A stretch of 64,000 bases of DNA, taken from assembly GCA_905331295.1 (NCBI GenBank), contig CAJNYD010000131.1, positions 1 through 64,000 of the forward strand, in the 5' to 3' direction. Origin of the DNA: Rotaria socialis (taxonomy: Eukaryota). Below the pieces are notes generated by a model. The model had not been told where the DNA came from, searched no databases, and saw only the letters and a program-made list of their open reading frames with translations. Position numbers and translations under genes: made by a program. Shown here piece by piece: positions 1 to 15,121 of this stretch (within the stretch, counting starts at the first letter, position 1; the number at the start of each line of letters is the position of its first letter).

Positions 1-37
1 AAGGGACAACCTCTTTTAATAATGAATCAATTCTGAA

Positions 38-146
38 CACGACATTTTTCATGAATACCTACTCAGTTTTCGATATTTTTACTTTTTCGTTTTTTCGACA
101 TTTTACTGTCGACATTTTTACGGTCGACAGTAAAAATGTCGACCAA
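38..146. repeat. Cluster of CGACATTTT-type motifs with a 14-bp perfect inverted repeat; probable end of a MITE
   Basis: gtcgacatttttac (108-121) pairs with gtaaaaatgtcgac (130-143); several cgacatttt/cgatatttt copies precede it. Confidence 0.45.
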
Positions 147-374
147 AGTTCAGAGATTCGATTTTTCTAGTAAAATATAATAATGAGAAGTTTTTATTTT
201 TTTATTTGTACCCTGTATACAGCAAGAAATATGATCATGATCGTCAATGTGTGTTTCTAATTATTTGACATTTTTCTTATAATTGAAAATCTGTATTGTG
301 TTTATTGGAGAATTTTTATTGGTTGTTTTAATATTGAAATTATGTGTCAATCAAAAACACATGTTTTTATTTAG

Positions 375-2364
375 AATGCTGATAACCTTGCTTCATTAAG
401 TCAAATATCAACTAATGTTATGGTATCTTTCGAAGGTATTGTGACATGGTTATCAACAGGTATTTTTAAAAGTTCATGTCCTATTGATGTTCGTTACTTT
501 CCTTTTGGTAAGCAAACAAAATGTGTTTCTTTTAAAAACCTATTAATGGTGTTTTTTTGTTCATAGATGAGCAAAATTGTACTTTGAAATTTGCTTCATG
601 GACTTATGATAGTGCTCGTATTGATCTCTCACAAAAGACGAACATTGGTGATTTGAGTAATTTTATGGCAAATTCAGGTAAATTGGTTTTGTTGTGAAAT
701 TATTGAGAACACATGTTTTATTCTAGAATGGGAAATCATTGGACTACACGTGAAAAAGAATATTGTTAAATATTCTTGTTGTATGTAGAACAAAAAATTT
801 ATTAATCAACTATTATGATATTTAATATAAAATTAGGTCCAGAAACATTTCCTGATCTTACTTATGTAGTACAAATGCGTCGTCGTCCATTGTTTTATGT
901 ATTTAACATGATTCTACCATGTTTTCTCATTACCAGTGTTGCTTTTCTTGGCTTCTGTGTACCATCTGATAGTGGTATGACAAATTCATTACAATCGAAT
1001 CTATATGAATTTAATTGATATTTTTCTATTTCAGGAGAAAAAGTGTCCATTGGTGTAACAACTCTTCTTTCAATGACAGTGTTTCTTATGCTTGTTACTG
1101 ATAGTATGCCGCCTAATTCAGATTCTCTACCATTAATTGGTATGTTAATTTAACATTTTCTTGCTGACTGTATTATTAATTAAGTTGGGATACATATATA
1201 ACAAATTAAGGGTAAATGTTTTTCGTAAACACACGGTTATAATCTACTAAATTGTATGTTATGCGAAATATAAATGATGGGATTTCGAGATGCGTATATG
1301 AAAAAATCGATATCGAGTGAGAAAAGAGATTCAATAGACTCTTTTTTCTGAAGTATTTGAAGCTTTCCTTTATTATTAAAGTTTTAATCAAGTCAGAATT
1401 TAAAAATTCTTTCGTCAGCACTCCGCAGTGCACTACTTTAACTTTTATGAATAGAAATTCTTTGCGGAAACAAACAGTTAATGAATTTTAGACCACGAAT
1501 CTCAATGTGACATCGGTTAGACCACACTGACACGCATTTTTTTTATTAAATTTTAGGTATCTATTATTTTTCTGCCATTATAATTGTAAGTATAGCAACA
1601 GCAATGTCAGTAGCTTCTCTTAATTTATATCATCGTGGTAAACATCATCTTCATCCTGTTCCCAAATGGATTGGACAATTATTTTTTATTATAATTCCAA
1701 AGCTACTTTTTATGAATATTGATCTTCCTGTTCAGTTACAAAACCGACGTGAAAGCTGTCTAAAATGCATGGTAAAATCCCGAAAAACTAACAGTAAAAA
1801 ATGTTTCTTTTTACGTTTGCTCTTTTCTAGACGACAACAACATCGGAAAAATCGGAAACAAGAAAAAAACTAATGCATAAATCCGATACTAAAAATAAAA
1901 ATACTTTATTACATAATGGCAAAATTACGTTGTACGAAGATCCAGTTAACCGTAATACCACAAGTTCATTGGCATTTTCGGATAATCTTAATTCATATGA
2001 TTTATATACGTCTTCACCATTAATACTTCGTTCGTATGCGCCTATACAAACGCGAAATACTCAATCAAATCGGCAAAATCACAAACCGCATGATAAAGAT
2101 AATCAAAAGTTTCTAACCGATTTAACAAATAAAAATAAAAATAAAAATAAAAATGCTACAAAATTATCTGTGGATTATATACATCGTCTTGTTGAACAGA
2201 ATGAAAGTCGATATGAACAACAAGAACACAATAGGATGATTGGACAAGAATGGCAAATCTTGGGTCGAGTTGTTGATCGTTTACTTGTTTTTATATTTTT
2301 GATTAGTACCATGGTTGTTTTTCTATTTATTTTTTGTCAGGCACCACATTTGAGATTGAAATAA
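375..2364 (+). CDS. Nicotinic acetylcholine receptor alpha-type subunit (alpha7/alpha9-like), 5'-partial. Exons ~375-507, 567-677, 727-780, 837-974, 1035-1139, 1557-1771, 1831-2364
   Basis: Spliced translation gives Cys-loop [17 protein letters not shown], loop B FASWTYD, loop C YSCCPETFPD (vicinal Cys split by an intron), [15 protein letters not shown] (TM1), [21 protein letters not shown] (TM2) and [13 protein letters not shown] (TM4). All introns are GT-AG. N-terminal exons lie upstream of the window. Confidence 0.95.
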
Positions 2365-4265
2365 AAGAAAATATTTCTGCACAAATAATACTAAACGAAG
2401 TGTATTCAGCATTCGTAGAGGACATTAAACGAGATAAATATAGATAATAGCATCATAATTGCTATTCATAAGTACAAAGACTGATGCTATTTTTGTCATT
2501 AATTTTAATGCAATTCGAGCTTTCAGGACCTCCTTCTGGTTTATCCTGTTGTTATTTGATGGATGGAAAAAAAGAAGAAGCACTCGGTGTCCTTGCCAAT
2601 ATCATTAATAAAGAAAGTAACATTTCACGTAGAGAAAAGCAATTTTTAAATGGAAGGAAAATTTTACCTTCTGCGTTTAAAATTGCATAGTTTCATATCT
2701 TTTGCATGATTTTCTCGTATTGAAAACTGATAAAAGTACGTAATAACATGTATGACTGTGTTAGATTTCATAGCGTAGTCGAATTTAAGTATTTCATAAA
2801 TAACTGATAGGATGTGATTGACACCCTCAAGAAAATACAGCTATGATCATAGTTTTATATGAATCTATTGTGTTTTCTAGTATAAACTATTGGCTAATCG
2901 CGATGTTACAGAGACAACGAACGTATCAATCTTGTTGTAATAGGAATTGATTTCAAATGAGCGTGGTTCAATAAGTGAACTTTAAATATAAAATTTGATG
3001 ATATTTAATGATCAGAATTATAACTGAATTCAGTTGTGTTGAATTTAAACTTTCACAAATATACTTGTCGGTACGCTTCCATACGAAAAAAAAACAGTTG
3101 ACATGTTCAATCAATGTGCAACATACAGTCTAAATGAGTTCGGATTCATACTCTACAATTTAGAAATGAGAATCTTAATTAATTATTCATCTTTGGGTTT
3201 ACTCAAAGATTAAACTACTCAATCAAATAGGTTGCCATATTTTGGAATTACTTTCTCTTCCGCAGGGACATATGATTGGAAAGTTTACTGTAATAGAAAC
3301 CCATGATTGAAGAGTATCTTCGATTAAACCTAACAAGAAAACTATTTAAAGATATTCCTTTTTTTTAGAGTCAAACTGTTTCCATAAAGCACACTCGAAT
3401 AATTTTTGAAAACCATAGAAAATATAAGTCTTCGTAGCCCTTCGTACAAGAGCTTTAGTCTATGACGCAACTCATGTGAATTAATTGAACCATGAGGCTT
3501 TTATTTGAAATCTTATACCCAGATAGATCCAATTGTTATAATAGTTAATATTCAGACAATAGTAGGCCCATAAAACCTATTGTTTGTGAGATATTGAATT
3601 TCTAAACACCTTTCACATCGTAATAAAGACGCGCCGATCTCCTGTTTTCTCCTGTAACTCAATATTTCATGAAAGAAATGTTTTTTCGACCTGAAATCGT
3701 CAGATGCTCAGTGATATATTTCTGAAACAAATTAATTTTAAAAGTCTTTAATCGTCATCAGGTTTCAACACATTTTTTTACTTCTATAAAATTAATTTTA
3801 TCGAAGAAAAATCATTCACTTAGAGAACAGAACAAAGTGCCCTAGTTAATACATTTTTAATCATATGGAGACATTGAATATCATAATAGATATACAGCAG
3901 ACAAATTTAGCAATTCAATTTCACTAACATTTTTCACTTGATTAACACCGAGTTTCGATTCGTAATGAAATTTTTCATCAGACTGTAACGATGAAAATAT
4001 CGATAGTCTAGTTAATTTAATAAAAGTATGGATCGGAATGCTTCAGTCTTATAGTTATTAAAATTCTCAAATAAAATCTTGTGTGCCTAACAAAAATTGG
4101 TAGAAGACAATCTTGTATACAGAGCTGAAATACAAAATTAACTAAAATCTTTCATTAGTAGTGAAGCACAATAAAACTTTGAATACTTTTAGGATGCAAG
4201 CATAGTATGAGCGTGGTTAGATGATCCTAGATTAGAAATACACGATACCAAGTTCTTCATCTACG

Positions 4266-4423
4266 CAGGGACGGCGCGAAGCAACAAAAATATAGGGGGG
4301 TTACTTGAAAACGGGAGGTTTTTTTCAAAAATCGGAGTAAATTAATAAAAATCTCTTCTATTTTCTTCAAATCGGAGTAAAATTNCCCCCCCCCCCCCCC
4401 CCCACCCGTTTGCGCCGTCCCTG
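4266..4423. mobile_element. hAT-like MITE (~158 bp)
   Basis: Perfect TIRs cagggacggcgc / gcgccgtccctg, flanked by catctacg / tatctacg (8-bp TSD, 1 mismatch). The interior has an n and a poly-C run. Confidence 0.8.
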
Positions 4424-5770
4424 TATCTACGCTTGATGTCCACAATCGATAGCACACGAAAGAATTCTGTTAGCGTGATATTTCTGAGATTAAAACAGAA
4501 AACGCAATATAAATAATCTGGCTAATCTCAAATATATTGTTCTTGTTTATCTATTTTAGAGAATACTTCTTCGCCATTCCTAAACTCAATCTTTCAAAAA
4601 ATAAAACGCAAACATAGCTTGTATTGTGTAACGAAACAGTATTGGTATACAGTTTGTTATCATATATCAAAAACGTCTGCACGCTCTGTGCTCATCCTGA
4701 TTCTTGTCTATCACGACTAATGCTGAGAGAAGATCAGTGTGAACCGTTGTACTCTATTAAATTCAATACTCTTCTCCTACTAGATTATGCTTCAGAACAA
4801 TTGTCGCGCTTGAAATCATAGATAAAACACTGTTTTTAATTAGATATTTGAAGGCTTTCATCTGGATTCTTGTTTAAATTAATACGTAATAGAAAATAAT
4901 TTCAATAGATGAAATAGAACAGTGGCTAGTTATAGAATAAATAAATCACAAAAAAATAATATTAAAAATTGAGAAACAGTTTTTGTCTGATTCGCTATTG
5001 AAATCATTCATAGTTCACAAAAATATTTTAAAATTTTTATTTAAAATATTACAACGATTTTCATTGATGTAAAATAATGTATATGTTGAACTCAATGAAA
5101 TAATCTTATGACGTTTGATGCTTTCTCTCCTTCACTGATCGATAGCATTCGTGTACGTCACAGGCTGTTTTATCGGAGTGTAAATAATGCAATCACTTCT
5201 AGTAGATGTTTCTTTTTTGATAAATTTTCCGAGAAAAAAAGTCAAAACGTACAAGCGTTCCAGATTAATGTTTACTTACAATTGATGTTAAAATTCAGAG
5301 TCAAGAACAAGAAGCAAACCTATGCTCAGCTTTAAGGCATTCTACTTGACATGTGCCTTTCCTATGTTGATAATCTTAGAGTTAATATTCATATTAATTA
5401 TTTAGTGTGCGCATGATTTTTTCAAATAATAATTATATGGCATATGAAATTTTTCTTTTGCGATAAAATTATTTTATTTTATTTCGTTTTCGAACTATCC
5501 TAATAGAAATAAACATATTTCATTGCAATAACTCATGATATGCTCATTATTCATAGATCTACTATGTCTGTCATTCCAACTCAATAATAAAAGAGCATGC
5601 CTAGTATTTAGAGTTCATTAATTAATCGGGATTAACGTAATCTAACAATATCTCTGTTGATTAATAAAGATTTAGAATGTTATTTTATATTTTTCCATTG
5701 AATACAAATGAATTTAGAGTAAAACACGGATAAGGATTTAAACTTATTATTAACATTGACAATTTGATTG

Positions 5771-6013
5771 TGTAACGGTTTTGAGTTACTTGTGATTTAT
5801 TCTTTCATATATTATGGAAGGATGACAACGAACAAGGGAGGAGAAGAATAGAATACGAAGACTGAATCAAGAATGACTGATGAACAGCCGTCGAACAAGG
5901 GTATTTATATGTGTACGCGAAAGAGAGAGAAAGAGAACAACGAAAGAAAGAGAATAATGATAAAGAGAGGCATTGTTCTCAACGATGAGCGCATAACAGG
6001 CGAATCCATGACA
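5771..6013 (-). mobile_element. Solo LTR of an LTR retrotransposon (243 bp)
   Basis: Begins TGTAAC and ends ATGACA, flanked by a perfect 5-bp direct repeat GATTG (5766-5770, 6014-6018). On the minus strand a TATAAATA box (~5903-5910) precedes an AATAAA (~5796-5801), the usual LTR order. Confidence 0.8.
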
Positions 6014-8425
6014 GATTGTCTCCACAAATCTTCTGAATAGAAGGAAAATGGTTAGAGTAAGAAAGAATAGCGTCAGTTTATAATAATAAAGTTATTGTAT
6101 TCATTTAATTTTGCAGATTTTTCAGTTTAATAAATACTTTAATCATTATGTCCTTTTCACCGTCTACAATAGCATGCATGAAACTCTGTTGAAGAGCTTT
6201 ATTTTTTATTTCGTCGATTAAAATTAGGAAAAAAAGATTGCCAAGTATTTATGCGTAAAATATTGCTCTATTTTTTAGTTCATTTGAACATTTATATTTT
6301 TCTGTTCAAATCTTTCATAGTTAAAAACGAATTATTCATATGAGATTCAGATCTAATTTGCAAAAAAAGAAGATTTTATTTAGTGTGTTGAATAATCATT
6401 CATATTCTCAGTTGGTTGTTCATTGATTAATTTTGCACGAAGAGAAAAAGCCATTCGCCTCCTATCGTCTTACTAGAAAGAAAAATACGATTTATAAATA
6501 AATATTATTCCAATAGAGCGTATTACATTTTTTGTTTCTAAAATAAAAATATTTCTTGATCAATGTCAAGACATTCTCGATTTTTCTAGTGTAAAAATGT
6601 CACTAGTAATCAGTAACATAACTTAGCATTCATATTCTTTCTTTTCCGCTTCTAAGAATGCTTTGAATTGAATGAAAGTTTTACGATTGACATCTATGAA
6701 ATAAATTAGGTGTTGTTTCCTATTCAACATGTCGCGCTAGATTAGATAATTGCCATCATTAAAGTCTACATTATTAAGAATTAAAAAACCTTTGGAAAGC
6801 TAAATAAATATTTCTGTTACACAATGTTATTCAATTACTTTTGCATGCTAACTTTTTTTTCATTATTAATCTTTAATTAATCAATTAGTAAATTATCTGT
6901 TAGCCAAGATTTTAAAAAATATGAATTTCCATAAATAACAGCCTTCGAAGGACTCTAATTGATCATTTTTAATCAAATGAATGCATTAGAATTATTTACT
7001 TTATGACAAATTACTCTTTATGGAATAAAATGCGCATTGATTTGTTTTTTCTTACATGCACGAACAACTTCTTTTTTAGTTAATTTTAGTAAGAGCTTTG
7101 TTAATTCTTAGTTTTCAGATTATAGAATACGCTCAATTTACTAAATAAACCATAAAAAATTATAACAGTATAAAAACAGAACACAAAAATAGATACGGAC
7201 ACTATCGTGGGAGAAGAGAATAATCCATCTGGGCTTAATCCTTGCGAAGAAACAATCATGATAAATATCTTTGACTTGATCAAAAAATTGGTCATCAAGT
7301 AGCCGAACATTATGCTGAAAGAACAAAGGAAATAACGAAATTCCCCGGTTGAGGATTGCATGAATGTTAATTGGTTCGTTTTAATTATGGTTTAAAACGT
7401 TTAGATATCTAAACCTGTGCGTCCAATCCAATATTAAGATCAAGCAAATCTTCGGTTCTATCGATTTTCTCAATAAAATAATAGATTTAGAATACATTAA
7501 GCTAGCAAACACTCTTCATTTTTGATTTTCGATAACTACTCAATTTAAGAGCACGAAGTGTAAAGTCATCGATAAATGAACGATAGAATATGTTATACAA
7601 AACAACAAATTTTACTGGTTAAGATGAACTATTCTACTGAAACCAATCATAAACAACGAGAAGATAAACCAAGTCTCATCGGAATATTCAACAAGCGATA
7701 ACAACATTACCAAAGCATGATATGTTTATTCTATTCATTATGGTTTATGCGTTTTATTTTGCGACGCTGACAACTTCTATTTCCTGAATAGCAAAATGAA
7801 ATCGTTGAAACAACTTAATCAATGAGAAATTTTCTTTTATTCAGTTAATTTGTTTTTAAATATTATAATAAACATCTCCGGCGAAGAAAAATAGCAAATG
7901 CGCAAAATGCTTCAGGCATACGCAACTAACTTTTAAATTGTACTCAACGGCTTAGTTTTCGTAATTAATTATTCAGGAAGAAAAACAACCTTATGTTGTA
8001 GGCATATGAATTGATAGTAAGGAGTAGTAACTACGTTGACGATATTAAATCAATCTTGTATTTTCAATTCTTAGATAATACGTCATTGGGAATCCAAAAT
8101 GAATATAAATGCAGAACATTTTGTTATCTTTTTTTTTATAGACTATTTTTGATGTTAAAACCATTTACAACTTTTTCGATAACCAACAGAAAATAATCGA
8201 GCAGAATTTCGTGTCTTATTACATTTTTAACAAAAAAAACTGAAAGCAAGCATATACAAATATTACTGATACAATTTACAACAGAGACTCACCGAACTAA
8301 GGAATTTCATTCTCTTTTTCTTCTTTTCGCAGATACAACTTTAGAAATTAAATGAGATCACTCTACGCATCGGACATTTAGATAGGAGGAGAAAAAAAAC
8401 AATAAGAAGCAAAAACACGCCAGTT

Positions 8426-9838
8426 TTATTGTTCAAGAGATCCATCATCTTCTGTTGTCGAAATTGTTCCTCGTTTGAGACGTTGTTTTTCAAGTGCATA
8501 TTCCTGACATCGATCGTTACTTAAAGATTTAGGTTCACTAGTGCGCGCCGGAGAAATAAATGAACAGGTTTCATTTGCTGCACAATGTCTATCGTTTAAT
8601 TTCTGATTCATTTCAGGTTTCGATTTGAATAGTTTTTGGAAAAGTTTTTTTATTTCACGACGAAATACAGACGATGATGCAAAACAAAAAACAAATGATG
8701 CCGCATAATATGTATTAATTAAACATTGATAAATAGTTCCTTGTATCATAAACGATTTATATTCGTCTGGTGATTGCATACCAATCTGTGGATTAAATGT
8801 TAGAGCATAAAAAAGTTGAGCTGGTGCAACTAACGCTAAAAAGCCAATATTCGATGCGAGCAGCATAGTTGTAACACGTCGTGTACGACTCTTTGAACGG
8901 GATTTAAGATGTTCATTACTTACTGGTTTAAGAAACGAGTTTTTTATTATGAATATGTTTAGTATTAACGTTAATATGCATGGCTAAACAAAAAAAATCC
9001 TATTAATATAATTGGCATTGTATTTCACCAATGGCTATTTTCTCATTCGAATTACCGACTTTTAATTCAGCGTTTGCAAAAGTGAAAATGAAGCCTTGTT
9101 TCTATTTTCTCAAACAAGAAAAGAAAACTTACAACAATAATAATCGTCACAAGTTCCTGCCAGGTACTTGTTGTTGCAAAGAATCGTTGTATATGATTGT
9201 TGCTTTGCTGGTAAAATATACATGCGATAAAAGGCGTAATGCCATTTAATGATAGTTTGGTTCCCGTAAATAGAAGATAATGCAAATTTAATATTAACAA
9301 TATAAAACTACTGATAAATAATGTATAAGGAACGACAGAACTTTTTCTTGTAGATGTATGTCGAACAACTTTTGACTGTTGAAAACGATCAAATGCAACA
9401 ATAACAAGAATCCATGATGCCATGCCACGGATCCATTGAGCAACAAATGCATTTATTCGACACCAGCCCAAATCAAATAAACTACGCAAATGAATACCAT
9501 GGCCTTGTGATAACATCATATTTAAAGTATTTGTTAATAAAACTCCAATATTTAATAATGCACATACAGCCATGAATTGACATGTCGTATATTTACGTAG
9601 TTTGGCTTGAAGTAGTGTTATAGCTGTTAAGAGATTACCGCAAGTGCCGGCCAAAATAAGAAACAAAAAATAACCACAATAAACTATACGATTTATTATT
9701 AATAGAGTGGCGAACATATCAACAGGATAGGCGAGAGGCATTTCAGCTGTGGAGCTGTAAAAAGTTACATTGAAAAAAATATTATAGAATATACATATAT
9801 ATTTTAACAAATGATGTTTTATACACATACTTATTCAT
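8426..9838 (-). CDS. Orphan class A (rhodopsin-like) GPCR, peptide-receptor-like. Exons 9838-9831, 9754-9133, 8983-8426
   Basis: Spliced start MNNSTAEMPLAY with an N-glycosylation sequon; TM1 GTCGNLL; TM3 WCRINAF...VAFDRF; TM5 TIIIVPCILTLILN joined across an intron; basic ICL3 RTRRVTTMLL; TM7/helix 8 SSSVFRREIKKLF. Confidence 0.9.
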
Positions 9839-12800
9839 AGTTAATGTATTTGTACAAGTAAATAAATAGATTTCAATGCTAATGTTGATGTCAACTCTAT
9901 CAAGAGTTTTAAAAAGAAAACTTTGATCTATTTTTGACTAGCAAAAATATAATAACTTTAATGTAGCACTATAAGCAATTGTTGGTTAATAAACCCTGTT
10001 GCTCTAATATCTAAAATAAAGACGACCCGGGATATTTTTTTTTTACTATATAATTAGAATACATTCAATTAGAAATAAAATCACGATACAAAAGAAAGAA
10101 TCCAACTTATTTGATGATATTAATGAAAAGAAAAAGAGAAAGAGAAAGAAATGACATGATGTTAGTGTAACAGGCTACTAGAGTAATACAAATCTGTAAG
10201 ATGAGAAAGCGCACGAGAGAGAGAGAGAGTGAGACAGGAAAAGCTTACAGGATTTTCTTTCTCTGCACATCTTTTCTTTTTCTCCGTTTCACTTTGGCAA
10301 CACTAATGAGTAGAAAGATATATTTTACTGGAAAATATTACTTCTCCTTTTTAATAGTTTTCTTTCTTCTTTTACTATGAAGCTTTCTAGAAATCCGATA
10401 ATGAAGAATATCAATTCTAATTTTTTTATGTCGTATAAACAAAACTAGTTCTCGTCTCAATGACCACACACGCTGAAAGAGACGACATTATAATTATCTC
10501 TTGCGCATTATTTTTGAAATGTTCTTAAACACAAGATTTTTAAATAGCATAATCCAGATATATCTTTGTTTAAGTACATGCGATGTCCGCTCAACAAAAT
10601 ACAACAAAAAACAAAAACATACTAAAAGTTTAACATTTTGCTAATCATTCATATGATATGATTCTTGACTTTACAATGATCACATATTTCGTGTATATTT
10701 CTCTATACTATGCTTGCATCCTTTCTTGATGGTAACTATTCTTGTTTCTACAAAGTTTTCTATGTGTTTGTTTGCGTGTATGGGAAAATAAAAACAAAAA
10801 GTAATAGAAAAATAGATAATCACACCCCATATTTCATATTGATTCGTTTATTTGTATCTTTCTCTAGCTGTTCGTCGCCTGGTTAAATTATTCAAATGAT
10901 AAAGAAACATATTTATTAGGAATCAATGCCATTTAAATATTTGGTTCAATCACGATACTACTCTAGTGAATTAGAACCTTGCTTGTCATATAAATATATA
11001 TATAACGTTCTTTTTTACATATAGAACAACATAAATAAAAGAATAAAACAAACTATTAATATAAGAACAAGCTATCCTTTCTCTATGCATGTGGGCATAT
11101 TTGATCCTTTCAAATTAATGATAAGATGATTCTGAGGATGAATGAAAAATAATAGAAGTTCATATAGAACTCAAGCCTTTTAGCACGCTATGAACTGGAT
11201 GTGAATCAGAATAAAAATATGATAAGGAAAAAAGAAGGCATACATCAATTCATTACAAGGTTTTAGATAAAAAAGAAGTAAAGATTCAAATATAGACAAA
11301 ATCAACTAGTACAGATCAAACAGTATTTTGTATATTTCTAAAATAATCATTATCAATTGCTTCTACTTAGACTTGTCACGAGATCAACAGGATCCGATAT
11401 TAGAAGCGAATGTGAGAAGAAAAACAAGATAGTTAGATAGCCTAAAATAAAAGTTGATTGGAAGATTTTTTACTAAAATTGGCATGTTCATAAGAGAATC
11501 GAGAATGAAAGTAAATCAATAAAAACCTACAACGCCGGAGGATAAACTATGTGAGTTCATTATCCTGGAGCTATCTCGTTTGGCTTATTCTTACTGATTT
11601 GTACTTACACTTCTATAATGAATATGATTTATCTAAGAGAAAATGTTACTCAGGGAACATTCTGCTGTCCTGTTCTATCCTAACGACAGTATTCCAGGCA
11701 AATTTATCTATATTTTTCATTAGAAGAAAAGAAATGATATACTACTGATTTAATCGTCAATAATATATCTAGGTAATTTCGATTATTAAAAACGCATGAT
11801 GATTATAGTGCAGAAAATAATAGGCTTTTCTAATTTTTAGGTATGCGGTGATCTCATAATTATTTAGCGGATATGTTTTCTCCATCTGTAATTCATATGT
11901 ATATGCCTATGAAACTAACAACATTTTTCAACCTATCAGGTAAAACTTGTACTGATTTTTCTCACAACTTCAAAACAAAACAGGAAGTTTCCGGAAATGC
12001 TTCTTGGTTGCAAACAATAATAAAAATATATGTCTGACTACTAATATACGATCCAATAATAGGTGGCATGCTTCACAACACAATGGCGAAGTACCTGGTT
12101 TGTATTGTTGAACAAGAAAAGAAATTGAACATATCTTTGAAATATTAATTTCACTTCTGTTGTTTCACCTTGATGTTAGAGTACTAACAGCTTATATTGT
12201 GACGCTGTAATTCACTAATTAAAAACAGTACTAAATAATTAAACTCTATCTTTTCATTATATTGCTTCACCGAGTAAATCAGCCTCAATTACAATTTAAT
12301 ATCGTCCGAATGAAATGAAAGCTTTTTCTTTTTTGAACGACACTTACGAATGCAGTGCGCCTGATAATGCTTGATGAAAAAGTCATGATTTTGTCTGATG
12401 TGCTCATAAATAAACGTGATGTTATCGATCAAAGGTGAATAAAAGAACGTAGTAGGAGCATAAAATTGACTACTAAAATTAGAAATTTTCCGTGAACAAA
12501 ATTAAATCTCTTCCAATGACGTCTCTTTCTCGCATTTATATAGAAGGGAAAAGCTAGATTTTCTTTTCTTTTTAATCGTTCATTGCAAGGAAACGAAAGA
12601 GAAATCGATTTATTTCACATGCAGAATAGGTCATATACAAAAATAAAAGAAGAACTAAAATTTAGTCGAAAAATCATTCAGTAGAAAGCGCTGTTTTATA
12701 ACTATCGCACAATTTGGTTTTGTGTCACACATCGTTTCGATGCGACTCATAATTATGATTACGCACATAGAAAAATAATTAAATAGATGCATTGCATAAA

Positions 12801-13519
12801 TTTATTTTCTTTCCGCCATTATGATAATGATCATGTTCAGTTCATACCAAAACCGGACACAGGAGACATTATTGCAATTGAATAAGATCAACATAATAAG
12901 AGATAAGGCTATGCAGTACAAAGAACCTACAAATAATCCCCGCATGATTATTTTAATTAGGAGTGGCGTAAAATGAAAGATGAGTAAATGTAAGAGAACA
13001 TTTATACTTTTAATGAAATTAAGGTAACATATGATGAACTGTTTATCGTTCTTATATCCTATATCAAAACTCAACTCGAGGATCTATACATAATCAGTTA
13101 CTTTTAATAAGTTGTACAAGGATTACAGTAGAAAACGAGACATAGTCGTAGAATTAAAAAAGAACTACGATGCAAGAAACACAAGAAAAAACGAAGGATA
13201 GCTATTACAAATATGTTTCTTTTATCGTTAGTAGAACAAGGCTGCCAACTGTGCTCCATTTCACTATTTTGCACCCCCCCCCCTCCCCATTTAGACTTTT
13301 AAGTCTACGATGCGACTACCTAATCTTCTAATGAAAGCAACCTATCTTCTTCTAGACTTTTCTCATTTTCATAAAGAAATGTATAATAAAATGTGTTGGT
13401 AAATATCTGACCAATAGATATTAACACCCATTTCGTTTAATTTCGTCTTTAATTATTCGGTTTTACATACTGTTTTCACTATGAATAATGAAATAGATTT
13501 TATTGAATTTTTTACTTTN

Positions 13520-14145
13520 AAAAGAACACCATATTCAAAAAAAATACACGTAATTTTCACATCACAGAATGTGACATACAGCTTAAGAGACCATTGAAAA
13601 CCGTGACCGGTGCCTCAATTACTTAGTTAATTAACTAGTTACTATGCAATTACTTAATTGGCCATCACAGATCGTGACAGAGGGTGTTCAGAAATTACTA
13701 CAGATTGTGGCATACGCTTTAATTAATTGACTAATTGGTACCATATGGATTGAGTGCACATCACAGACTATTACAGAAAATCTTCAGAGACCATCATACA
13801 GCGTGACAGGCTAGCTTCAGATCTCTCATAGATCATCACTGGTAGTGGCAAACGAGCTGTCTCACAAAATCTATAAAGAACTCCCTTGAATACACCATCT
13901 CCACGTGATTTCTTGCAGTGATTATGTCATGTTTCACATTTTTAATCCCAGAGGGATTGCGCTAATAGCTTTTCTATTTCTAATGGTGGTGTTTATTAGG
14001 TCATTTTTCTCAATTAAATCCTCTATTTTAGGAGGCAGACAATGTACCCCATTTCGACTTTCAAAAATCCCATTTGAAAAATGAGAAATGGCAGCTCTGT
14101 AATAGAATGAATTACGTATATTTTTTTTGAATATGGTGTTCTTTT
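13520..14145. mobile_element. Non-autonomous TIR element (~625 bp)
   Basis: aaaagaacaccatattcaaaaaaaatacacgtaatt (13520-13555) is the reverse complement of 14110-14145 with 1 mismatch. The interior has repeated cacaga...gtgac motifs. The left flank is an n, so no TSD can be read. Confidence 0.7.
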
Positions 14146-15024
14146 ACGAATGCATTGCATTTGACGAACCTTGTCAAGACAATAGCAATGCATTAACTAT
14201 GTTTGGGTCTGAATATAGCTACTTAGTATACATCTAACCTAGAAACTAATGATTTATTTTGTTGTAATTTTACTTGAACTAAAATTTTCATCATGTATTT
14301 TATTTTATTAGATACTCATAAGCAAATATAAAAATTAAAAAGAAATTAATACCCAGTGGACTTGAAACCTTGCACTGAATGTGCTTCCGGTTCTTTTACG
14401 ATAGATTATAATTTAGAACATGTGTTTGAAGATAATTAAAAAAAGAACAGTCAGTGTTTTATGCAGCTATTGCTGAGTTCACTCCATTGATATATCTCTT
14501 AACTTGCTGTTTCTATGAAACACTCAACCAGAAATATGTCAATTGCATTTGAAAAAAAAGAACAACTTATTTCTCGTCTAAAATTATATAGTTTCTTTTT
14601 AATATTGCATTGAATATAATACGATTATCTTTATAAAAAAAGAAGAAAAGATATTGACATATTCCGATTACTTATTCTCGGCTAGTGAAGCCCACTTCAT
14701 TTCGTTAGCGTAGTCTAATAAAAATAGATTAAATATATACATACAGAACTTGTTTTCTTGATTAAAAAGAAGTTTTCTATTTATATATGTACCTATACAT
14801 TCAGAACAATAAATAATTATTGTTTTCGTCGATCAAAAAGTGATAATCATAGAAAACCAGCTTATTCATTCCTTTGCGAGTGGGGGAGTATTTTCTGACA
14901 TTTAGTAGAAGAAAGTAGTTCAGTAATGCCATGCACGTCTAGAAAAACCATTATAACGTACGAGGTATATGGTTTTCAAGAACTCAGTAACTCTTTTATT
15001 GTCATGCTATAAGAAAACGCAGGT

Positions 15025-15121
<97 letters not shown>

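Noticed and set aside
3945..4015. Minus-strand CTGATGA...CGAAAC resembling a hammerhead ribozyme core (also GAAACGTCTGATGA near 38300)
   Set aside because: Stems II and III and a correctly paired GUH cleavage site could not be formed.
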